A DNA stretch of 64,000 nt, from NCBI GenBank assembly GCA_963758635.1, contig CAVWWD010000003.1:512001-576000 (forward strand). The letters run 5' to 3'. Origin of the DNA: an uncultured Candidatus Rokubacteria bacterium. Its GTDB lineage: Bacteria > Methylomirabilota > Methylomirabilia > Rokubacteriales > CSP1-6. A program made the translations under genes and the position numbers. Positions 54,990 to 64,000 of the stretch are shown here, piece after piece; position 1 is the first letter of the stretch, and each line of letters begins with the position of its first letter. The notes beneath the pieces are model-generated. The model was not told where the DNA came from and searched no databases. It was given only the letters and a program-made list of their open reading frames with translations.

Positions 54990-56393
54990 ATGAGCACGCC
55001 GCATCCATCGGGGGCCCGGCGCAGGCGCGCCTGGCTGGCCGTGCTGGCCGCGTTCGCCGCCGTCGCCGGCGTCACGATCCTGCTGCTCGCGCTCTTGACC
55101 AACATCTTCGAGCGGAAGCAGGAGGCGCGGCAGCCGTTCGTGCGGCTCGTGGAGGTGACCGAGGACACGGCGGACCCGAAGCCATGGGGGCAGAACTGGC
55201 CGGCGCAGTACGATACCTATCTCAAGACGTCGCTGCCGACCACGACCCGCTTCGGCGGCCGGGGCGCGGGCGCGAGCGACGGCGGCCCCGCGGCGCAGAA
55301 GCTCGACCGCGACCCCTGGCTCAAGCGCATCTTCGCCGGCTACGCGTTCAGCATCGACTACCGCGATCGCCGCGGCCACGCCTTCGCCCTCTTCGACCAG
55401 GAGCAGACGCTCCGCGTCACGGAGCGGAAGCAGCCGGGCGCGTGCATGCAGTGCCACGCCTCCAACCTGCCGCTCTATCGCTTCGCCGGCCAGGGCGACG
55501 TGCAGAAGGGGTTCGAGAAGATCTCGGGCATGCCGTACCAGGAGGCGCGCGGCCTGAAGGACGACAAGGGCCAGCCGCTCGTGCAGCACTCGATCTCCTG
55601 CCTGGACTGCCACGAGCCGAAGACCATGGGCCTGCGCGTGACGCGGCCCGGCTTCATCGCCGGCATCAAGGCGCTCAAGGCCAAGCAGGGCGTGGCCGAC
55701 TACGACCCGAACCGCGACGCCACGCGCCAGGAGCTCAGGTCGTTCGTGTGCGGGCAGTGCCACGTCGAGTACTACTTCAAGGGCGAGGGCAAGGTCGTGA
55801 CGTACCCGTGGGCCAACGGGCTCCGCGTCGAGGAGATCGAGGCGTACTACGACCGCGAGGGCTTCTCCGACTGGACCCACGCGGAGACCGGCAACAAGGT
55901 GCTGAAGGCCCAGCACCCCGAGTTCGAGGTGTGGTCGCAGGGCATCCACGCGCGCTCCGGCGTCGCGTGCGCGGACTGTCACATGCCCTACCAGCGGATC
56001 GGCGCCCAGAAGGTGAGCGACCACTGGGTGCGGAGCCCGCTCCTGAACGTGAACCGCGCGTGCCAGACGTGCCATGCCGTGCCCGAGCAGGAGCTGGCGG
56101 CCCGCGTGCTCAACATCCAGGACCGCCATCACACGCTGCTCCAGCGCGCGGCGAAGGCGACCACGGACATGCTCGACGCCATCGTGGCCGCGCGGAAAGC
56201 CGGCGCCAGCGATGGTGACCTCGCCGCCGCCGCGGCCGCGCACCGGAAGGCCCAGTGGCGGCTCGACTTCGTGGCCGCCGAGAACTCGATGGGGTTCCAC
56301 GCGCCCCAGGAGATGGCGCGGATCCTGGGCGAGACGATCGACTTCGCCCGGCAGGGCCAGCTCGAAGCGGAGCGCGCCACGCGGAAGAAGTAG
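54990..56393 (+). CDS. nrfA: ammonia-forming cytochrome c552 nitrite reductase, CXXCH first-heme variant
   Basis: [60 protein letters not shown]. Confidence 0.95.
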   Translation: MSTPHPSGARRRRAWLAVLAAFAAVAGVTILLLALLTNIFERKQEARQPFVRLVEVTEDTADPKPWGQNWPAQYDTYLKTSLPTTTRFGGRGAGASDGGPAAQKLDRDPWLKRIFAGYAFSIDYRDRRGHAFALFDQEQTLRVTERKQPGACMQCHASNLPLYRFAGQGDVQKGFEKISGMPYQEARGLKDDKGQPLVQHSISCLDCHEPKTMGLRVTRPGFIAGIKALKAKQGVADYDPNRDATRQELRSFVCGQCHVEYYFKGEGKVVTYPWANGLRVEEIEAYYDREGFSDWTHAETGNKVLKAQHPEFEVWSQGIHARSGVACADCHMPYQRIGAQKVSDHWVRSPLLNVNRACQTCHAVPEQELAARVLNIQDRHHTLLQRAAKATTDMLDAIVAARKAGASDGDLAAAAAAHRKAQWRLDFVAAENSMGFHAPQEMARILGETIDFARQGQLEAERATRKK

Positions 56394-56408
56394 CGGCGAG
56401 CCGGGCCG

Positions 56409-56847
56409 GTGCCGCCGCTCGTCCGCCGCTACGTCAAGACGAGCTTCGTCGTTCCTCGTGGCCGGCCTGCTCCTGGGCGGCTACCTGGTCACGGCCCAGT
56501 TCGTCCTCGGCTCGTACCCCTCGCGGCTCCTCGTGACCGCCCACGTGCACCTCTTGCTGGTGGGCTTCATGCTGATGATCGTGATGGGGGTGGCCACGTG
56601 GATGTTCCCGCGGCCGGCGCGCGACGACACGCGGTACCGTCCCGAGCTGGCCGAGACCGTCTACTGGGTGCTGGCCGTCGCCACCGCGCTCCGGGCCGCC
56701 GGCGAGGTGCTCCTCGGCGTGACCGGCGCCGCGCCGCTCCGCTGGATGATCGCCGCGGGCGGTCTCGGGCAGCTCGTGGCGGCCGGCCTCTTCGTCCTGA
56801 ACATGTGGGGCCGGATCCGCATGCCCGCCGCGGCCGCGGGTCGCTGA
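56409..56847 (+). CDS. small integral membrane protein with HVH motif (frameshift near 56450)
   Basis: MPPLVRRYVKTSF...TAHVHLLLVGFMLMIVMGVATWMFPRP; about 4 TM helices. Confidence 0.7.
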
Positions 56848-56869
56848 CGCGGGAGCGGCGGCCCGCTCG

Positions 56870-57857
56870 ATGCGTGCCATGGTCCTCGACGCGCCGGGAC
56901 AGCCGCTGCGGCTCCGCGACCAGGCGGACCCGACTCCGCGGGAAGGGGAGGTGCTCGTCGAGGTGGCGGCGTGCGCGGTCTGCCGGACGGACCTGCACGT
57001 GGTGGACGGTGAGCTGCCCGATCCGAAGCTGCCGTTGATTCCGGGCCACGAGATCGTCGGGCGCGTGGCCGCCGTCGGCCCCGGCGTGACGCGCCTGCGC
57101 GCGGGCGAGCGCGTGGGCATTCCGTGGCTGGCCTCGACGTGCGGGGAATGCGCCGCGTGCCGGTCCGGCCGCGAGAACCTCTGCGACGCCGCGCGCTTCA
57201 CCGGCTACACGCGGGACGGCGGCTACGCCGAGCTCGCGGTGGCCGACGCGCGCTTCTGCTTCCCGCTCCCCGCCGCGATCGACGACGTGGCGGCGGCGCC
57301 GCTCCTCTGCGCCGGCCTCATCGGCTACCGGTCGCTCGCGAAGGCGGGCGACGGAGAGCGCCTCGGCGTCTACGGCTTCGGCGCCGCCGCCCACATCGTG
57401 GCCCAGATCGCCCGCTACCAGGGCCGGCGCGTCTTCGCCTTCACCCGCCCCGGCGACGACGCCGCGCAGGCGTTCGCCCTGCGCCACGGCGCCGCGTGGG
57501 CCGGCGCCTCCGACTCGCTGCCGCCCGAGCCGCTGGACGCCGCCATCATCTTCGCCCCCGTCGGCGACCTGGTTCCGCTCGCGCTCCGCGCCGTGGGCAA
57601 GGGCGGCACGGTGGTCTGCGGCGGCATCCACATGACCGACATCCCCCGCTTCCCGTACCGCGACCTGTGGCACGAGCGCACGCTCTGCTCCGTCGCCAAC
57701 CTCACCCGCCGCGACGGCGAAGAGTTCTTCGCCCTCGCCCCCCGCGTCCCCATCCGCACCGAGACCCAGGCGATGCCGCTTAGCGAAGCCAACGCCGCTC
57801 TCACTCAGCCTCCGCTCCGGCCAAGTGCAGGGCGCCCTCGTGCTGACGCCCCGCTGA
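56870..57857 (+). CDS. zinc-dependent alcohol dehydrogenase (frameshift near 57805)
   Basis: VCRTDLH, GHEIVG, CGECAAC...NLC, LCAGLIGYR, GVYGFG. The true end is probably ...GALVLTPR*. Confidence 0.92.
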
Positions 57858-57994
57858 ACGCACTACCGATCTGCTCTCGATCGCGGCATTCGCGCTCGGC
57901 CGGGGCGCCGGGGAGGGGTGGGACGCAACACCGGTGTCAGGCACGGACGCAACGGATCAGCAGCAGTCGCCGTGCAGTCGGATCAGCAGCGCGT

Positions 57995-58150
57995 GGCCGG
58001 GGGGCGGCGGGGAGGGGGCAGGGGTCGAATGGCCCTTTCCCTCCATCGGGTATCGGACGTCACGCGCCCGGATGGAGCCCAGTCACAGCGGGGCAGCGCA
58101 CGCGTGCGGCGTGGTCTGAGACCCCTGCCCCCTCCCCGCCGCCCCCGGCC
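57995..58150. repeat. 31-bp near-perfect inverted repeat around a ~93 bp spacer between convergent genes
   Basis: ggccggggggcggcggggagggggcaggggtc (57995-58026) / gacccctgccccctccccgccgcccccggcc (58120-58150). Confidence 0.85.
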
Positions 58151-58187
58151 GAGCGCGAGGTCGCGACTCGAAATGGGGCGGAAACCG

Positions 58188-59492
58188 CTACAGCACGTTG
58201 CGCGGCCTGCCGATGGCGCCTTCCGCGAAGCGCGAGAAGCGGAAGCCGGAGATGTCGAGCGACGGCTTGCCGTCGACGATCAGCTCGGACACGAGCCGCC
58301 CCGCGATGGGTCCCATCGCGAAGCCGTGCCCGCTGAAGCCGGTGGCGAAGACGAAGCCCGGGCACGCCGGCGCCTCGCCGAGGACCGGCGTCAGGTCCGG
58401 CGTGGCGTCGATGTAGCCGGCCCAGCGCGAGGCGATGCCGAGGCGCGGCAGCGCCGGCAGCACGCGCTGGAGCTCGGCGAGGCTCCGGTCCACCTTCGAC
58501 GCGTTCGCCACCGGCTCGAACGCGCGGTCCCACACCAGGGGCTCGCGGCGCGCGCGCGAGCCGGGCAGCACGGAGGCGAGGCTCCGCGCCAGCGGACGGC
58601 CCACGTGGAAGCGGAACAGCGCCTTGTTCTTCCAGAAGTTCGGCAGGAAGAAGCGGAGCTGCCGGAGCGAGTCGAGCGTCACGTCGTGGTCGAGCGCGCC
58701 GCCCGCCGCGATGTTGAAGCTCCCGTCCTTGCGCTGGCGGAACGCGACGCCCGGGCCCCACACCGCGCACGTGGTCACGGGGGGCGCCGCGGTCGTCCGC
58801 GCCACCGTGCCGCGCACCCACCGCTGCGGCAGCGCGAGGCCGATCGTGCGCGCGAGGCGCCACGACCACGCGCCCGCCGCGCAGACCACCCATGGCGCTC
58901 GGATCTCCTCCACGCGCGGGCCGTCCTGGACGAGCACGCCGCTCGCCCGGCCGCCCTGAGTCGTCACCCCGCGCGCCGCGACGCCAAGGCGGATCACCAC
59001 GCCGCGCGCGCCGGCGGCGCGGGCGAACGCGTCGGTGGCCTTGCCGGGATCGGCATGGCCGTCGCTCGGCGTGTGGAGGCCGCCGGCCCAGCCCGGAACG
59101 ATTCCGGGCACCACCGAGGGCAGGTCGTCCGGCCGCAGGAGGCGCGTGTCCAGGCCGAACTGCTTCGCCACGCCGAGCCAGTCCTCGAAGAGGGCCATGC
59201 GCTCGCCGTTGGCGGCGAGGGCGAGGTTGCCGCCCTGGACCCACTCGATGTCCGCGCCAAGCTCCGCCTCGAGGCCGCGCCAGATGCGGTTGGCCTCCAT
59301 CATCAGGGGGACCTCGGCGGGATCGCGGCCCTGCTGTCGCACGAAGCCCCAGTTCTTCCGCGACTGCTCGCCGGGCGCGTCTCCGCGCTCCAGCACCACC
59401 ACCCGCGCCCCACGCCCGGCCAGGTAGTACGCCGCGGAGCTTCCGACGATGCCGCCCCCGACCACGACCACGTCCGCGTGCTGGTCCGCCAT
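58188..59492 (-). CDS. FAD-dependent D-amino-acid oxidase/DadA family oxidoreductase
   Basis: VVVVGGGIVG, EQSRKNWGFVRQQGRD, WAGYIDATPD, GFSGHGFAMGP. Confidence 0.92.
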   Translation of the reverse strand: MADQHADVVVVGGGIVGSSAAYYLAGRGARVVVLERGDAPGEQSRKNWGFVRQQGRDPAEVPLMMEANRIWRGLEAELGADIEWVQGGNLALAANGERMALFEDWLGVAKQFGLDTRLLRPDDLPSVVPGIVPGWAGGLHTPSDGHADPGKATDAFARAAGARGVVIRLGVAARGVTTQGGRASGVLVQDGPRVEEIRAPWVVCAAGAWSWRLARTIGLALPQRWVRGTVARTTAAPPVTTCAVWGPGVAFRQRKDGSFNIAAGGALDHDVTLDSLRQLRFFLPNFWKNKALFRFHVGRPLARSLASVLPGSRARREPLVWDRAFEPVANASKVDRSLAELQRVLPALPRLGIASRWAGYIDATPDLTPVLGEAPACPGFVFATGFSGHGFAMGPIAGRLVSELIVDGKPSLDISGFRFSRFAEGAIGRPRNVL

Positions 59493-59549
59493 GACGGCGC
59501 CCATGGTCGGCAAGAGCGCGAGCATTGTCAAACGCCCCGGGCGGGCCAA

Positions 59550-59686
59550 CCCCCTCTCCCCTGCGCGGGGGAGCAGGGGAGAGCGCCGAGGACCCCTCTC
59601 CCCCTGCGCGGGGGAGAGGGGCAGGGGAGAGCGCCGAGGACCCCTCTCCCCCTGCGCGGGGGAGAGGGGCAGGGGAGAGGGGGGGC
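59550..59686. repeat. three tandem REP-like palindromes (about 48-bp unit)
   Basis: cccctctccccctgcgcgggggagaggggcaggggagag repeated with gcgccgagga spacers. Confidence 0.85.
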
Positions 59687-59690
59687 TCGA

Positions 59691-59720
59691 TTGACATATC
59701 CACGCTCCGGCGCGTACAAC
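59691..59720 (+). promoter_or_regulatory. putative sigma70 promoter of the SDR gene
   Basis: TTGACA-N18-TACAAC; ATG 8 nt downstream. Confidence 0.5.
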
Positions 59721-59728
59721 GGGGCGCG

Positions 59729-60572
59729 ATGAAGACGCTCCGGGGCCGCGTGGCCGTCGTGACCGGGGCGGCGAGCGGCATCGGGCTGGCCATGGCCGAG
59801 CGCTTCGCCGCCGAGGGCATGAAGCTCGTGATGGCCGACGTGGAGGCCGGCGCCCTCGACACGGCCGTGGCGGCGCTTCGCTCCCGCGCCCCGGCCGTCC
59901 ACGCGAGCCGCGTGGACGTGTCCAAGCCCGAGGACCTCGAGCGCCTCGCCGGCGAGACCTACGACGCGTTCGGCGCCGCCCACGTCCTCTGCAACAACGC
60001 CGGCGTGGCCGTCATCGGCGCCGTGCACGAGCACACCCTGGCCGACTGGAAGTGGGTCATCGACGTGAACCTGTGGGGCGTCATCCACGGCGTGCGCGCG
60101 TTCGTGCCCCGGATGCTCGCGGGCGGCGACGAGGGCCACGTGGTGAACACGGCGTCGATGGCCGGGCTCACCACCTCGGCGTTCATGTCCGTGTACGACG
60201 TGACCAAGCACGGCGTGGTGGCGCTGTCCGAGTCCATGTTCAAGGAGTTCGCAGATGACGGGGGCGCCGATCGGCGTGTCGGTGGTCTGCCCCGGCCTCA
60301 TCAACACGCGGATCATGGACGCGGCGCGCAACCGGCCGGAGAGCCTCGCCGACGCCGGCAAGCCCGCGCCGGGGGCGGAGGCGTTCGCGCAGGCCCTGGC
60401 CGACCGGCTGGCCGGGGGATATCCGCCGTCCGAGGTCGCGGACCAGGTGGTGCAGGGGATCCGCGACGGCCGCTTCTACATCGTGCCCGCCCAGCCCGAG
60501 GTGAAGTCGCGCGCCGCCGTGCGCGCGCGGGACATCCTCGAGCTCCGGAACCCCACGCTCCCCGGCGCCTGA
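59729..60572 (+). CDS. short-chain dehydrogenase/reductase (frameshift near 60250)
   Basis: VTGAASGIG, NNAG, NTASMAG, YDVTK, VVCPG. Confidence 0.92.
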
Positions 60573-60657
60573 GCGACGCGCGCGCCGATCGGGCGGCGGC
60601 CGCCCTCGCATTCCCGCGCCGCCGCGAATATCCTATCGGTGCGGCAACGCCCCCAGC

Positions 60658-62268
60658 ATGACGCCTCCAGCGCCGGACACGGCACCGATCCCCTCCGCTC
60701 GGAAGTGGGCCATCACCTTCACGGTGATGGTGGTGGCGTTCATGCAGATCCTCGACACGAGCGTCACCAACGTGATCCTGCCCCACCTGCAGGGATCGCT
60801 CTCGGCGGGGCTGGACGAGGTGTCGTGGGTCATCACGTCCTACCTGGCGGCGAACGCGATCGTCATCCCGGCCACGCCGTGGCTCGTGAGCATCTTCGGG
60901 CGCAAGCGCTTCTTCCTGATCTGCTCCACGCTGTTCGTGATCAGCTCGTTCGTCTCCGGCGCCGCCCCCGACCTGACCTCGCTGATCGTCGCGCGCATCT
61001 TCCAGGGCCTGGGTGGCGGGCCGATCATCCCCCTCTCGCAGTCGATCCTCTGGGAGATCTTCCCGTTCCACCAGCGCGGGCTCGGCATGGCCATCTGGGG
61101 GATCGGCTTCATCCTCGGCCCCATCCTGGGCCCGACGGTGGGCGGCTACCTCGCCGACGAGTGGTCGTGGCGCTGGATCTTCTACATCAACCTGCCCGTG
61201 GGCGTGATCGGCTTCCTCATGGCGAGCGTGTTCCTCTTCGATCCGCCGTACCTGAAGCGCTCCACCGCGCGGATCGACGTCCTCGGGCTCGCCCTCATGG
61301 TGGCGGGGTTCGGGTGCCTCCAGCTCGTCCTCGACCGGGGCGAGCGCGAGGACTGGTTCGACTCCTCGATGATCTTCGCGCTGAGCATCATCGCGGTGTG
61401 CGCGCTCGCCGGCTTCCTCATCCGCGAGCTGACGGCCAAGGACCCGTTCCTGGACCTCACGGTGTTCACCGACCGGAACTTCGCCACCGGGGTCGCGCTG
61501 AGCACCATCGTGGGGTTCGGCATGTTCTCCGGCATGCTGCTCGTCGCCGTGTTCACGCAGAAGCTCCTCGGCTACGACGCGTGGACGTCCGGCCTGGTCC
61601 TGGCCCCGGGCGGCCTCGGCAACATCTGCTCGCTGTTCACCTCGGGGCTCGTGACCCGCGTCGACCAGCGCCTGATGCTGGCGTTCGGCTGCCTGCTGAA
61701 CGGCGTGAGCCTCTACATGATGACGTTACTCACGCTCGGCATGGACTACTGGGCCCTCGCGCTGCCGCGCTTCGTGCAGGGATTCGCGGTGGGGTTCATC
61801 TTCGTGCCGATGTCCACGCTGACCCTGGCCACCATCCCGCGCGACCGGCTCGTCAACGCGACCGCTATCTACAGCATGGCGCGAAACTTCGGCGGCAGCG
61901 TGGGGATCGCGGTGGTCACGACGCTGCTCGCCCAGCGGAGCCAGTTCCACCAGGCCACGCTCGTCGGCCACATCACGTCGTGGGATCCCGAGACGCACGC
62001 GCGCCTGGCCCGCTGGGCCGGGCATTTCGTGGCGCGGGGCAGCGACGCCTTCACCGCCGAGCGCCGCGCGATGGCGATGGTGTACCGGGAGACGGTGGCC
62101 CAGGCGCAGCTCCTCGCCTACGCCGACGACTTCTGGCTCCTCGCCATGATGTTCATGGCGGTGCCGTTCGTGCTGCCGTTCATGCGCCGCATCCGGATGG
62201 AGCGGCCGGCCAGCGCTGACGCGGCCGCGAAGCGCTCGACCGCTCCCGCCGTGGAGGAGTCCGTCTAA
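60658..62268 (+). CDS. emrB: DHA2/EmrB-QacA family MFS transporter
   Basis: LDTSVTNV, WVITSYL, FGRKR, ARIFQG, WRWIFYINLPVG, RNFGGS. Confidence 0.93.
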   Translation: MTPPAPDTAPIPSARKWAITFTVMVVAFMQILDTSVTNVILPHLQGSLSAGLDEVSWVITSYLAANAIVIPATPWLVSIFGRKRFFLICSTLFVISSFVSGAAPDLTSLIVARIFQGLGGGPIIPLSQSILWEIFPFHQRGLGMAIWGIGFILGPILGPTVGGYLADEWSWRWIFYINLPVGVIGFLMASVFLFDPPYLKRSTARIDVLGLALMVAGFGCLQLVLDRGEREDWFDSSMIFALSIIAVCALAGFLIRELTAKDPFLDLTVFTDRNFATGVALSTIVGFGMFSGMLLVAVFTQKLLGYDAWTSGLVLAPGGLGNICSLFTSGLVTRVDQRLMLAFGCLLNGVSLYMMTLLTLGMDYWALALPRFVQGFAVGFIFVPMSTLTLATIPRDRLVNATAIYSMARNFGGSVGIAVVTTLLAQRSQFHQATLVGHITSWDPETHARLARWAGHFVARGSDAFTAERRAMAMVYRETVAQAQLLAYADDFWLLAMMFMAVPFVLPFMRRIRMERPASADAAAKRSTAPAVEESV

Positions 62269-62509
62269 CCTCGCGCCGCGGGCGCCCGGCAGCTGCGCCA
62301 GGCGTGTCCCGCGGGCCGCTTCTCCGAGGCGCACGGCGTGTCGGACAATGTTCTCTTCTCTGACGCCCCCGTCACGGACACTGCCCGTCCACGGTGGCCG
62401 GCGCTCGACATGGGCATCCCGCCCCCTGGTCTCCTCCGCCAAAACGCGATCCAGGCAAGCGTGCTGGACGGCGTCACGACCGCGAGGAAGCTTCCGGCGC
62501 CACGACGGG

Positions 62510-63460
62510 TCAGTGACGATGGCGGTGCCCCACGTCGGGGTAGTGAGGGTGCGCGTGCGTGAGGTCACCGTGCGCGTGCTCGTGCTCGTGCCGCTCGCTG
62601 GCGTGTAGCGCCACGCCTGCGGCCATCAGCGCCGCCGCCACGCCGAGGCGGGCCGTGACGGGCTCGCCGAGCGCTGCCACCGCCGCGATCGCCGAGACGA
62701 ACGGCGCGGTGGAGAAGTAGGCCGACGCCCGCGCCGTCCCCAGGTGACGCAGCGCCACGATGAACAGCACCAGGCTCATCCCGTAGCCCAGCACGCCCAC
62801 CACGCCGGCGCCGGCGATCGTGGCCGCGCCCGGCACGCGCGCGCCGTGAGCGAGGCCGATCGTGACGTTGACGGCGCCGGCCACGAGTCCCTTGAGGGCC
62901 GCGATCCGGACCGGGTCGCCGCCAGACACCTGCCGGGTGAGGTTGTTGTCGGCGGCCCACGCGAGGCACGCGGCCACGATGAGGACGGCCGGGTCCCGCC
63001 CGATCGCCCCCGGCGGCCACGCGAGCGTGAGCGCGCCCGCCCCGATGGCGGCCATGCCGAGCGCGATCCGCGCGTCGACGTGCTCGCGGAACACGACCCA
63101 GGCGATGAGCGCGGTGAACACGCCCTCGAGGCTCAGCAGCAGCCCGGCCTCCGACGCGTCGCGCGCGGCCAGCCCCGTCATGAGCAGGACGGGAGCGATC
63201 ACACCGCCGGCGACGATGGCCGCGCCCAGCCAGAGCCAGTCCGCGCCGTGGAGGCGTTTCGCATCCGGCCCGCTCCGGCGCAGCAGGCGGTACACGCCCA
63301 GGCCGACGCCCGCGCCCAGGTACAGGAGTCCGGCGAGGAGCCAGGGATCGGCGCGGTCCAGGAGGTGCTTCGCCGCGGGAATGCTGATGCCGAACAGGAC
63401 GGACGCGCCGAGGGCCGCGGCGATGCCGCCCGCGCCGCCTCGGGACCGGCGGGGGTTAAT
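62510..63460 (-). CDS. DMT/EamA family transporter with His-rich C-terminus
   Basis: The frame is open upstream of ORF 62510..63295 (GIAAALGASVLFG...LAGLLYLGAG); tail HEHEHAHGDLTHAHPHYPDVGHRHRH; start codon uncertain. Confidence 0.85.
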   Translation of the reverse strand: MNPRRSRGGAGGIAAALGASVLFGISIPAAKHLLDRADPWLLAGLLYLGAGVGLGVYRLLRRSGPDAKRLHGADWLWLGAAIVAGGVIAPVLLMTGLAARDASEAGLLLSLEGVFTALIAWVVFREHVDARIALGMAAIGAGALTLAWPPGAIGRDPAVLIVAACLAWAADNNLTRQVSGGDPVRIAALKGLVAGAVNVTIGLAHGARVPGAATIAGAGVVGVLGYGMSLVLFIVALRHLGTARASAYFSTAPFVSAIAAVAALGEPVTARLGVAAALMAAGVALHASERHEHEHAHGDLTHAHPHYPDVGHRHRH

Positions 63461-63513
63461 GACCCTCGCAGAATGCGGTAACCGTCACGGGCCTCTACAG
63501 TCCCACCGCTCGG
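63458..63513 (+). repeat. dispersed conserved non-coding motif, copy 3
   Basis: aatgaccctcgcagaatgcggtaaccgtcacgggcctcTACAGTcccaccgctcgg. Confidence 0.85.
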
Positions 63514-63700
63514 AGCAGACCCACGCGACGATCATAGCGCCGTGCGGGTCCCTTCCAGCCAAGGAATTCGCGGGCTTTCCCGCCTCGATGACGCCTCCGG
63601 GCGCCCCGCCCACACGCGCTGGACGACGGCCGGGGCGCGCTTCATGTCGGCACGACGCGCGCGCTCGGGGGGCCGATGAGCAAGGCATGGTCCACGAGCG

Positions 63701-64000
63701 CTACTGGCTGGCGGCGGCGCGAGCGATGGCGTCGTCGTTGTCCGCGGGCACGGCGCCGCTGACCCCGACGGCGCCGACGACCCGGCCCGCCTCCATCAGC
63801 GTGACCGCGCCCTTGCCGAACACGAACTGGTACTGGTCGAGCCCGGCCACGTTCAGCGCGAACAGCTGGCGGGCGCCGGCGAAGCGGCCCTCGAGGTCGT
63901 CGGTGGACGCGCGGAACGCGGCGGCGGCGTTGGCCTTGCCGCGCGCGATCTCCGGGGTGACCCAGAGCGCGCCGTCCATCCGATGGCAGGCCACGAGGTG
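63701..64000 (-). CDS. GlcG/HbpS family heme-binding protein, 5' truncated by the window
   Basis: RMDGA...IARGKA...VVGAVGVSG...DDAIA. Confidence 0.85.
   Translation of the reverse strand, partial: HLVACHRMDGALWVTPEIARGKANAAAAFRASTDDLEGRFAGARQLFALNVAGLDQYQFVFGKGAVTLMEAGRVVGAVGVSGAVPADNDDAIARAAASQ

Noticed and set aside
62270..62510. Possible small gene or SDR 5' remnant (GRAVSVTGAS) on the minus strand
   Set aside because: Too short and degenerate to support.

Overview
Very GC-rich bacterial DNA, resembling Candidatus Rokuibacteriota/Methylomirabilota soil genomes (an inference from gene content, not tested). It has many single-base indels, most likely uncorrected long-read errors, so many CDS below were rebuilt across frames. 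Left to right: (1) a selenoprotein operon grdE-like, grdB-like (UGA-Sec) and a DsbA/FrnE-like UxxC selenoprotein missed by the ORF track, both Sec genes with SECIS-like hairpins; (2) Uma2 nuclease, then a hydantoinase A-methyltransferase-hydantoinase B-M20 amidohydrolase operon; (3) adenylate cyclase-TPR, fused LivG-LivF and a DASS permease; (4) a ~1800 aa double-lipase + CHAT protein; (5) moaD-aor interrupted and flanked by two orphan ABC substrate-binding genes that share an ATCGAATGATG junction; (6) livKHM and an orphan xanthine-dehydrogenase-family Mo subunit; (7) a 4.4 kb lower-GC island bounded by 35-bp direct repeats, carrying a metzincin-like protease, a partner gene and an excisionase-like HTH; (8) PP2C, a 1797 aa Ser/Thr kinase and an FHA-GAF-cyclase; (9) an ~11 kb cluster with six sigma54-type promoters (tetraheme cytochrome c, CBS-GNAT, USPs, CBS proteins, a secreted EAPRQSQQ-repeat protein) plus tdh-kbl; (10) nrfHA with a CXXCH-variant NrfA, ADH, DAO-family oxidoreductase, SDR, EmrB-type MFS, DMT and a GlcG-like gene. 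A dispersed 56-nt non-coding motif occurs three times. I saw no rRNA, tRNA, CRISPR array or intact transposase.
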